A stretch of 64,000 nucleotides of DNA from contig CAVVMW010000006.1 of the NCBI GenBank assembly GCA_963749495.1, positions 864,001 through 928,000 on the forward strand, in the 5' to 3' direction. Positions 35,211-43,719 of this stretch are shown one piece after another. The translations under genes were made by a program, and so were the position numbers. The DNA is from an uncultured bacterium (GTDB lineage Bacteria > Verrucomicrobiota > Verrucomicrobiia > Limisphaerales > UBA8199). A model generated the notes under the pieces. The model was given only the letters and a program-made list of their open reading frames with translations. It was not told where the DNA came from and did not search any database. Within the stretch, counting starts at the first letter, position 1; each line of letters begins with the position of its first letter.

Positions 35211-35703
35211 CGCGGAGCCAACATTTGAAGAGCTTCCTTTGGAGCGCACCTCCACGGCGCCGCCTCCTTGTGTACTTGCCGCCCAGCCGTCTCGGCCTGA
35301 TGCTTGTGGACGCGCTCCATGCCGGCCCGATGGGGATGATGCGGCTGCGGACGGGTCGGCGTGGGGGGGGCGGAGAAGCACGAGCGAAGCACCGGAGATG
35401 CACGCTGGACCTCCTCTATGGGATCGAGGCGGCGGATCCCATTGCCCCAGACTGGTCATCTCACCCGGATGAAACATGCACCCACCCATTAACTGTGGTC
35501 CATTAACACGTTCTGCGCCGCGAATGTCAATGCCTGTTTGTGACAATTAGGCAACAGCAGGCTGGCGTCTTGTGAAGAAATGACAAAAAGCCAACAACTG
35601 TTGAGAGGGCCGGGGTGAGGGGTCCGACCGGCACTCCGTCTCTGCCTTCGCTGACCGATTACCCCTGGCTTCACAAATCGACCATTCTGTTTACACTCCG
35701 GCC

Positions 35704-37042
35704 ATGAAGCACATTCGATATTTCCTGGCTCATGCCGCAATGGCGGCCGCTGTGGCCTCGACGGCGCTCGGGGCTGACGTGGCCGGCGCGCGATCGAGCG
35801 GGGCCGGCTACTACCGGTTCCCGGCCATTCACGGAGACACGCTGGTCTTCACTGCCGAGGGGGACTTGTGGCGGGTGGGCATCCAGGGCGGCACGGCCCA
35901 GCGGTTGACCAGCCACCTGGCGGAGGAATCCTGCGCGGCGATCTCGCCGGACGGAACGACCGTGGCGTTCTCGGCGTTCTATGAGGGGCCGCTGGAGGTC
36001 TATGTCATGCCGATCGAGGGCGGGTTGCCCAACCGGCTGACGTTCCAGGCTGAAAGGGCCTTTGTTGCGGGCTGGACAGCCGAGGGGAAGGTCCTGTATT
36101 CGACCCTCCACAGCTCGACGCTGCCGGATTGGCAACTGGCCACCGTGGATCCCAAGACCGGCCTGACCGCGCTGCTGCCCCTGAGCCAGGCCAGCGACGG
36201 CGTCTTCGATCCGGCCGGCAAGACGCTCTATTTCACGCGGCAGCATTTCCAGGGCAGCAGCACCAAAGGCTACCAGGGCGGCACGGCGCAGAGCCTGTGG
36301 AAATTCGCCCTGGACGCCCCCGAGGCCGTGCCGTTGACGGCGGATTTCGCGGGCACCAGCAAAGGGCCGATGTGGTCGCAGGAGCGGGTCTATTTCCTGA
36401 CGGACCGGGACGGGACGATGAATATCTGGTCGATGAATCCCCAAGGAGGGGACCTGCGCCAGCACACCCGGCATCGCGGCTGGGACATCAAATGGGCCTC
36501 GCTGTCCGAGGGCCGAATCGCCTGCCAACAGGGCGCGGACTTGCGCATCTTCGAGATCGCCTCGGGCAAGGACTGGCTGGCGCCGATCCGGCTGGCCTCC
36601 GACTTCGATCAGGAACCTGGAACTCTGGCTGTTGAATCTCCAGGAACACAAGAGCCGGCGCATCGCCGTCTCCAAGATGGGGGCATTTGCGGACCTCCAG
36701 TGGTCCCCCGACAGCCATTGGCTGGCTTATGTCGCCGAGGCGGAGGACCTTTACAGCCGGATCTTGATCTATCATGTCAATGACGGGGCCACGACCGCCC
36801 TGACGAGCGATCGCGTCAACAGCCTCTCCCCGTTCTGGAGCCCGGACGGCAAATGGATTTACTTCCTCTCCGAGCGGCACATCGAGTCGGTAGTGGCCAG
36901 CCCGTGGGGCCCGCGCGCACCGGAGCCGTTCTATAACGAGGCGGTCAAGCTCTACCTGGTTTCGCTCGTCAAGGACGGCCGCTCCCCGTTTGAGCCCAGG
37001 GATGAATTGCACCCTGGCGACAAGGAGAAAGAAAACCGATAG
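35704..37042 (+). pseudogene. Tricorn (S41) protease, truncated with an internal deletion or frameshift near 36613
   Basis: GYYRFPAIHGDTLVFTAEGDLW, YQGGTAQSLW, WSPDGKWIYFLSER; PDZ and catalytic domains absent. Confidence 0.8.
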
Positions 37043-37095
37043 CTGGATCCTCTAGAGTCCTTGAATTTCAAAACGTGATGCAGACAGGTCAAGCT

Positions 37096-37147
37096 TGTGG
37101 CACGGGCATCCTGCCCGTGGGGGCTTGGGCAGGATGCCCGAGCCACG
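37096..37147. repeat. REP-like doublet
   Basis: gtggcacgggcatcctgcccgtg / gggcaggatgcccgagccac. Confidence 0.65.
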
Positions 37148-37165
37148 GTCTGAGGCCCTGCCTTG

Positions 37166-38003
37166 CTAGAAATGAAGGGCGTAAGTTGGGCTGGAGCGAT
37201 CGGCATCCATCACGCACCACAAGTTAAGCGGCCCCAGGGCCCGCCAGGTACTTGATGAACCGCGCGCTGCCGTCGGCCATGGCGTAATCGGAACCGCCCG
37301 AGCGGGTTCCTGGCCCCCGCCCGGCATGGCGGCCTTGTTCGAGTTCCGTTTCGTCGTTGCCCAGCACGACGCCCGGGAAATCTTGCGACTGGCCCGGTTC
37401 GAGCAAGTCCATGTAATAGTGCGGAGAAGCGGACTTTTTCTCGCCCAGGACGATGGTGTCCGAGGGATGAGGGATGACGCTGAGCTTGAGACAGGCGGTG
37501 CTCGAGGCGGCCATGTAATCATTAAAGTCCTGCTCACTCAGAGTTCGTTTGAAATAATCATTCCAGCCGTTGATGATGTAACTGCGCGGAGCGGCATCGG
37601 CGGGGAAGCTGTTGGTGTCGGTGCTTCCGGTGGCGGGCGTCTGCGGGCCGTCGGTGGGGCACCGCAGAAGCTTGACGGCCCTGTAATTATTATAAAAGGC
37701 GGCCGGCCATCGGGTCACGGAGGAGCGGGGCGGGAAATAGCCCCGGTTGTCGTCCGTGTACATGACCCCCGCCGTGGCCAGTTGTTTGAGATTGTTGATG
37801 CAGGAAATGCGGCGGGCGGTTTCCTTGGCCCGGCCCAAGGCGGGCAGGAGCATGGCCGCCAGGATGGCGATAATGGCGATCACGACCAGCAGTTCAATCA
37901 GGGTGAACCCGGAACGGGCGGCCGAGGGGGCAACCCTTGCCCCCCGCGCCTGCAAAACCCGCATCCGCCGGGTTGCCCGTGATGGATGAGCGATGCAGTT
38001 CAT
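37166..38003 (-). CDS. Prepilin-type N-terminal cleavage/methylation protein (DUF1559/H-X9-DG-like); frameshift near 37248
   Basis: [40 protein letters not shown]...YAMADGSA. Confidence 0.88.
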
Positions 38004-38058
38004 ACTTGTAAGCTGCCTGTCGAATAATCCGGGCCGACTTGCGTCTATTCAGGTGCCA

Positions 38059-38505
38059 ATGACAAAAAAGCAGTGTCTGCTCCTTGCCTTGGCCGTTTTG
38101 GGCCTCGGGCTCGTGCTGTACGTTAATAGAGACTGGTTTTCCAAGCCTCCTATTCAAATCACGCATCGCTTCCATGCCTTTGCCGACAGCTTCGCCCGAG
38201 ACCCCGGCACCGTGCCGGTCCTCTTCGAGTTCAATCGCCGGCTTAAGTTGACCTCCGTGAGCGTGGTCAACCTCGCCGCGTTCCAGACGAACCGCCAGAC
38301 GTTGCCGCTCTGGCAGTTGAAGAGCGACTCGAGCTCGGCGCCCACCAAAGGCTTTCTTTACGGCATGGCCATCCCCGGGATGCGGCCCGTGCGCCAGGGC
38401 AGCGTCGCCGAAGCCCCGGAGGTGGGCGTGCAATACCGATTGCTGGTCGAAGCCCGCTCCCTCAAGGCCCACTACGATTTCACTATCGAACTCCCAAGGC
38501 AATAA
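38059..38505 (+). CDS. Hypothetical membrane-anchored protein
   Basis: N-terminal TM helix followed by a compact beta-rich domain. Confidence 0.65.
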   Translation: MTKKQCLLLALAVLGLGLVLYVNRDWFSKPPIQITHRFHAFADSFARDPGTVPVLFEFNRRLKLTSVSVVNLAAFQTNRQTLPLWQLKSDSSSAPTKGFLYGMAIPGMRPVRQGSVAEAPEVGVQYRLLVEARSLKAHYDFTIELPRQ

Positions 38506-38604
38506 CCATGCATTTGGGGGCGGTGTCGGGATGCCCCCGTAATTGTCAGCCTTTTGCGTTTCTGCTTGCCGCAAGCGAAAGTGTAGGACACAATCATACA
38601 GAAG

Positions 38605-38891
38605 ATGAACCTGCTTTTCATCGAAGCTGCCCGGTTCACCGAGCGGGTCCAGGCGCTCAGGGCCGAAGAGGACCTTTGGAGGCTGGAGGATCAATTGTGC
38701 CGGGACCCCGAAGCTGGCGATGTCATCCAGGGCACGAGCGGCTTTCGCAAGGTTCGTATGAGGCTGCCGGGGAGAGGAAAGCGCGGCGGGTGCCGGGTCA
38801 TCTATCTTTATGTGAGATCAGCGGCGCGCATCTACTTCGTCTATCTCTATCCGAAGAACGAACAGGTGGACTTGAGCGCGGATCAGAAAAA
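38605..38891 (+). pseudogene. RelE/HigB-family toxin interrupted near its 3' end by ISL3
   Basis: DPEAGDVIQGTSGFRKVR...GKRGGCRVIY...LYPKNEQ.DLS.DQKK; the original tail ALKCIARRI resumes after 40578. Confidence 0.85.
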
Positions 38892-40570
38892 GGACTGGTC
38901 AGCAGAATGTATGGGTAAGTCGAGGCTCAGGTAAGCGGCCAAGGCAATGATACAGGGCCAATTCCATGGCTGGATAGGTGCGGAAGCCGTAAGATCGTCT
39001 GGTTACCACTCGAATCTTGTTGTTCAGGCCCTCGACGGCGGCGCTGGAGAGCTCACCTTTGGCCTCGAACCAATTCAAGATCAACGGCTCATGGGCGCGC
39101 AGCATCCGGGCCACCTTCTTCATTGGTTCGAGCCGGCTGCGCATGGCTCGAGCGCACCAATAACCCAGATAGGCCACCACATAGATCGGAGAACGGTAGT
39201 GCCAAAGGTAGTCGAAGCTCTCCTTGAGGTTCCAGGCCCGTGCCGTCGCCAGCTTGCTGGCCAACAGGGCGTTGAGCTTGGAGCGGGCACGGCCCCGCAC
39301 CCGGCTGCCCCGGCGCAACAACTGCCAGCGCATGCCCTTGAGCCGCTGAGCCAGGGGCCGGCCGTGCAAGCGCGACTGCTCGCCCCGGCGCACCTCGTCC
39401 ACCGCCTCGTTGAGGTGCCCCACGATATGAAAGCGGTCCAGCACGTTGAGCGCCTGCGGTATCTTGGCCGCGATCACCTTCAGGTAGGGCTTCCACATGT
39501 CGCTGCACACATACTTCAGAGCGCTGACCACCGGGGCTCCCAATTCTGCCAAGCCCCGCCGCAACGTGGCTTGAGTGCGCCGCCGACCCAGCCACAGCAA
39601 GCGCCGACAGTGGGGGTCAATCTGGTAAATCACCGTCAGGAAGTTGTCGGCCTTCTGGCCCTTGCCCCAATGGATCTCGTCCACTCCGATGGCCTCCACA
39701 CCCTCCAGGCGCCGGTGCTCCAAACCCCATTGGACGAACCACTGCACCGAACGGTAGACGGCCTCCCAACTGGTGTGGAAGGCCTGGGCGGTTTCCTTCC
39801 AGGACAGCCGCCGGGCCCACCGGGCCAAGAGGCCCATCATCGCCGTCGTCACCGGCCGCTTGCCCTGGCTCCAGGGGATATGCTCGACGACCACCCCGTC
39901 CTGCGGACAATTGACCCGCCGCGGGGGGTAGAGGAAATAGGTCTTGACGCCCCACATCGGCGGAAACAGCCAGGACCGCTGGGGCAACTGATCATAGCCG
40001 GGGACTGGCTGCAGGCACCGGGAGCACTTGGCGGGAATGCCGCCATGGGGTTGGAGGGTGATTTCGAGCCGCTGGCCACGGCCTCGGCGGTCCCGGCACA
40101 AGCGGATGTCCTGGTAAACGAAGCCCACAAAGTGTTGAATGTCGTTGAGAACCGTCTTAACCTTCAATTGCATAGCTGGTCTGCCGCTCGGTGGCGGGCG
40201 TGCTTTTCACATCTCGCAGGCTACCGCAAGCCAGGCAGATCAGCTATCGCTTTGTGGCGCTGGGCAGCCCTCCGAGCCAAGCACACCTTCACCAGCAATT
40301 CCTTAGCGGCGCATCATGGCGGAGGGCGGGGCTGTCAAGGTGGAGCGCAGCAGGGCACGAGGGCACGTGGCGAGCAATACCTTGACAGCCCCGCCCGGAG
40401 CCATACCCTGGCCGCGCCGGAATTGCTTGAAGTCCTTCTCCGGCCGTTAGGCCGCTCGATTCGTCGCGGAGCGTGCCGCGGGATGTTCCACGACCGCCCA
40501 ACTCACCAACGTCAACCCTCCGAACTGAACACGTGTCCAGATGTTTCACCCACAAATTGTGCGGGGGACC
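38892..40570 (-). mobile_element. ISL3-family insertion sequence
   Basis: 8-bp target duplication cagaaaaa at 38884-38891 and 40571-40578; imperfect GG-initiated inverted repeats (gcagaatgtatgggt vs gcacaatttgtgggt). Confidence 0.88.
38899..40173 (-). CDS. ISL3-family transposase
   Basis: Zn-finger C..C, IGVDEI, CSDMWKPY, LDRFHIV, EGLNNKIRV..RRSYGFR. Confidence 0.93.
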   Translation of the reverse strand: MQLKVKTVLNDIQHFVGFVYQDIRLCRDRRGRGQRLEITLQPHGGIPAKCSRCLQPVPGYDQLPQRSWLFPPMWGVKTYFLYPPRRVNCPQDGVVVEHIPWSQGKRPVTTAMMGLLARWARRLSWKETAQAFHTSWEAVYRSVQWFVQWGLEHRRLEGVEAIGVDEIHWGKGQKADNFLTVIYQIDPHCRRLLWLGRRRTQATLRRGLAELGAPVVSALKYVCSDMWKPYLKVIAAKIPQALNVLDRFHIVGHLNEAVDEVRRGEQSRLHGRPLAQRLKGMRWQLLRRGSRVRGRARSKLNALLASKLATARAWNLKESFDYLWHYRSPIYVVAYLGYWCARAMRSRLEPMKKVARMLRAHEPLILNWFEAKGELSSAAVEGLNNKIRVVTRRSYGFRTYPAMELALYHCLGRLPEPRLTHTFC

Positions 40571-40607
40571 CAGAAAAAGGCGCTAAAATGCATCGCTCGC
40601 AGGATTT

Positions 40608-40943
40608 ATGAAGAAGCCAGGAAAGACCCATCAGTTAACCGCTGATGAATTCGCCGAATTGAGAGCAGGCGCTGAGGATGCCTTGGCGCACGCAAAGGGC
40701 AACAAGACCACGCTGCGTACTCGGTCGGTCGCTCTGCCACACAAGCCGCGCGCCTTTAGCCCGGCGCGCATCCGCTCCATCCGATCCCGCTTGAACGTTA
40801 GTCAGCCAGTGTTCGCAAGGCTGCTCTACGTGACCAAGGATACGGCCGCCAAGTGGGAGCAGGGCGTGCGGCGGCCGTCGGGCTCGGCTTTGCGACTCCT
40901 CGAAATCGCGGAAAAGTGGCCAGAAATGCTGGTCAACGGCTGA
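40608..40943 (+). CDS. Xre/HTH antitoxin (HigA-like)
   Basis: IRSIRSRLNVSQPVFARLL...KWEQG.R.PSG.ALRLL. Confidence 0.85.
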   Translation: MKKPGKTHQLTADEFAELRAGAEDALAHAKGNKTTLRTRSVALPHKPRAFSPARIRSIRSRLNVSQPVFARLLYVTKDTAAKWEQGVRRPSGSALRLLEIAEKWPEMLVNG

Positions 40944-41189
40944 TTGCTCATCTGCGATCTAGGCCCGCGGGCCGTTGACAAAGCAAAGAAAGGCGCGCAG
41001 TGTGCTTTGCGGTGCATTGTCAGCCCAAACCTGGCCCTGGAGGCCTCTCTGCCAAACGGGGGCAAGATTCCATCGGAGGGAAGAACCTGAATGGCGCGGC
41101 TGGGCCAGGCGTCTAAACAATGGCTGAAATCGGAAGGGAAAGTCCCGGGAAGACCCGCAGTGAGAACGTAACGCGAAAGGGCCCGTGGT

Positions 41190-42812
41190 ATGAAGACCTG
41201 GCCGAGAACTTTAGTAATCCTGTTGGCGTGGAGTTGCGCGGTGACCGGTGGGAGGGCGGCGCCGGACGCGGGTGTGGAGGCCGCCATCCAGGCCATCGAG
41301 CAAGCCCCCGACCCCTCGGCTGCCGTGGCCGCTTATGCGAGCGGCTTTGGCTTGGACCGGAGCAATCCGGCGTTGCACGAGGCCTATGTCTCCCGCATGG
41401 TCGAATTGGGCCTGCCGGAAATGGCCTATCACCAGGCCCAGACCTTGACCACCCTCCAGCTCACCAACGGCCTGGCTTGGGGTGTGGTCGCCTATGTGGA
41501 CGCCCGGCGTTCTCGAATGCCCGAGGCCATCCTGGCCATCAACGTGGCCGGCCAGTTCGCCCCGGACAATAAATTCGTCCAGCACACCGCAGGCGAACTC
41601 GCCGCCTGGTACGACCTCAAGGCAGACAAGGCCAAAATACCTGACAAGACCAAAGACGGGTTGGCCAGGGTCCGCGCCCTGCTCGATAAGCGCCCCGCAT
41701 TCACCGAGGCTTACGCCATGGCCCAAAAGGCCTACCAGGCTCAGGCCAGCGCCCCATCGGAACCGGCCCAAGCGCCCGCAGCCCAAGCAGCTCCCGCTCG
41801 AGCGGCGCCGGTTCAAGCCGCGCCGGCCCCAACGACCCCGGCCCCGGCGCTCCCTAATGCTCCTCAAGCATTGTTGGCCCCCCAGGCGGAAGTGGATCAA
41901 ATTGCGCCACTGGGCTATGCCCCCCCGGCGGCGCCTCCGCCCGATTATTACTATTCCAGCCCGTACTATTATCCGGACTATCCCGGCATCTACGATTGGA
42001 ATCCGGACTTCTGTTACGATTGGGGTCCGGGGTGGGCGTGGCCCACGCCCTGGTGCTGGTGGCAGCCGTGCGGGTTCTGGGGCGGCTGCGCCTTCTTCCC
42101 GTTCGGGTTCGCGTTCGCGTTTGGCGACTTTGACGGCCATCGCTTCGGCCACGGCGATCGCTTCGGCCATGGTGACCGCTTTGGCCATGGCGGGGGCTTT
42201 GGCCACGGACGCGACCCCGGGTTTTGGCACGGCGACCCGCACGGGCGGAACGGTTTCTTTGGAGCACCGGCCCGGCCGAGCAGTTCGGTGACTCAATTCG
42301 CGCGCGCTGGTTCAGCGGCTCGTCCCGCTTCAGTTGACGCTGCCGGCGGCGGAGCCACGGCCTGGTGGAGCGGCGCGGGCCAGCACAGCTCCCTCGCCAC
42401 AATGGGCACGAGAGCCGCGCAACCGGGCATTGCCGGCCGGAGCGCGACGCCCACGACGCCCCTTGCGCGTTCCTGGACCGGCAGCTCCAGCGCATACCGG
42501 GCCGCCCCGGCCACGCGCGGCGCATGGACCGGCCAAAACTACTCTGCCCGCAATTACGCGGCCCCCTCCAGGAGTTGGAGCGCTCCGAGCTATCGTGCTC
42601 CTGCCTCTGGGGCGTCCCACTATGCGGCGCCTGGCGGAAGCTCGTTCGGGGGATATGGCGGCTGGCATAGCAGCGCCCCAGTGGGCGGGGCGTCTCGCTC
42701 CTTTGGCGGAGGCTCCTTCGGCGGCGGGTTTCATGGTGGCGGAGGCGGTGGCGGATTCCACGGCGGCGGAGGGTTTGGCGGTGGCGGGCACGGCGGCGGC
42801 GGACATCGTTAA
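41190..42812 (+). CDS. Secreted protein with a helical (TPR-like) N-terminus and Pro/Tyr/Trp-, His/Gly- and Gly-rich low-complexity tail
   Basis: Signal peptide; GHGDRF repeats; GGGFHGGG tail. Confidence 0.75.
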   Translation: MKTWPRTLVILLAWSCAVTGGRAAPDAGVEAAIQAIEQAPDPSAAVAAYASGFGLDRSNPALHEAYVSRMVELGLPEMAYHQAQTLTTLQLTNGLAWGVVAYVDARRSRMPEAILAINVAGQFAPDNKFVQHTAGELAAWYDLKADKAKIPDKTKDGLARVRALLDKRPAFTEAYAMAQKAYQAQASAPSEPAQAPAAQAAPARAAPVQAAPAPTTPAPALPNAPQALLAPQAEVDQIAPLGYAPPAAPPPDYYYSSPYYYPDYPGIYDWNPDFCYDWGPGWAWPTPWCWWQPCGFWGGCAFFPFGFAFAFGDFDGHRFGHGDRFGHGDRFGHGGGFGHGRDPGFWHGDPHGRNGFFGAPARPSSSVTQFARAGSAARPASVDAAGGGATAWWSGAGQHSSLATMGTRAAQPGIAGRSATPTTPLARSWTGSSSAYRAAPATRGAWTGQNYSARNYAAPSRSWSAPSYRAPASGASHYAAPGGSSFGGYGGWHSSAPVGGASRSFGGGSFGGGFHGGGGGGGFHGGGGFGGGGHGGGGHR

Positions 42813-42819
42813 GCACGAG

Positions 42820-43090
42820 GGCCGAAGGCCCGCAATGTGAAAGCCTGGGGTGAAGCGCGCAGCGCGCAGCCCCAGGTAAGAGCCGAAAAACACGTTTCCT
42901 CCGCCCTGTAGGGGCGGAAGAGGCCTTTGTGGGCTCAAGACGAGTGGACAAACGATGTTGGCCAGAGATTGGGACATGAGCGGTGACGGCCTTACAGGGC
43001 TGTGGACATTCGCAACAGTGCCTGACCTGGGCCTCCGCTCGTCGGACTCGCTGCAGCCCAGGCTATCACATTACGGGCCTTCGGCCCTGA
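42820..43090. repeat. REP cluster enclosing a short remnant of an IS200/RAYT-like transposase start
   Basis: gggccgaaggccc, gccctgtaggggc and gggccttcggccc hairpins; minus strand 42977-42933 reads MSQSLANIVCPLVLS. Confidence 0.55.
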
Positions 43091-43181
43091 TTTCCTGTCT
43101 CGTCCCTCGCCCCTCGTCCCTCGTCCCTCTATTTCCTCGCAAAGTCTGGCGCCAGGGCGGGATAAGGCGGCAGACCCCAAT

Positions 43182-43345
43182 CCAGCCTTCACGTTGAGTT
43201 CTCCCGGCTATCCTTCATTCACGTGGACCTTCACCCGGTTTTCGGATGCCGCTGCCCAGGTCAAAGAGGCGCGCATCTGGGGCGGTCTCCACTTTCGCAA
43301 TTCAGTCAACGTGGGGGGCGACATGGGCGTGCCGCTTGGACGGGC
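43182..43345 (+). pseudogene. C-terminal fragment of a PAP2/vanadium-haloperoxidase-like gene
   Basis: Reads WTFTRFSDAAAQVKEARIWGGLHFRNSVNVGGDMG. Confidence 0.6.
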
Positions 43346-43370
43346 TCCGCTGGGCTCCGGCTGATGGCCT

Positions 43371-43665
43371 CAGTGAAGGCGGGGGCGACACACGGCGGGC
43401 AGACCCCTCACCCCGGCCCTCTCCCCTCGGAGGGGAGAGGGTGGGTTCTCGGCACGGGCTTGAGGAAGCGGACGCGCCTCGAAGTTCCAGGGACTGCCAA
43501 CGCTTCTCCCTCTCCCCTCGGAGGGGAGAGGGTGGGTTCTCGGCAGCGGCTTGAGGAAGCGGACGCGCCTCGAAGTTCCAGAGACTGCCGACCCTTCTCC
43601 CTCTCCCCTCCGAGGGGAGAGGGCCGGGGTGAGGGGTCTGCCGGGGACTCCGTTTCCGCCTTCAC
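43371..43665. repeat. MITE-like shell with tandem ccctctccc..gggagaggg REP units
   Basis: Ends cagtgaaggcg / cgccttcac; ~91-bp unit repeated; homologous to 29246-29576. Confidence 0.7.
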
Positions 43666-43719
43666 CCATTGCCCCGGTTAAATCCTTGTCTGGCGCACGG
43701 GTTCCGGTTATACGCCGGC

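Noticed and set aside
38947..40611. 554-aa plus-strand ORF
   Set aside because: Antisense to the ISL3 transposase with no recognisable motifs
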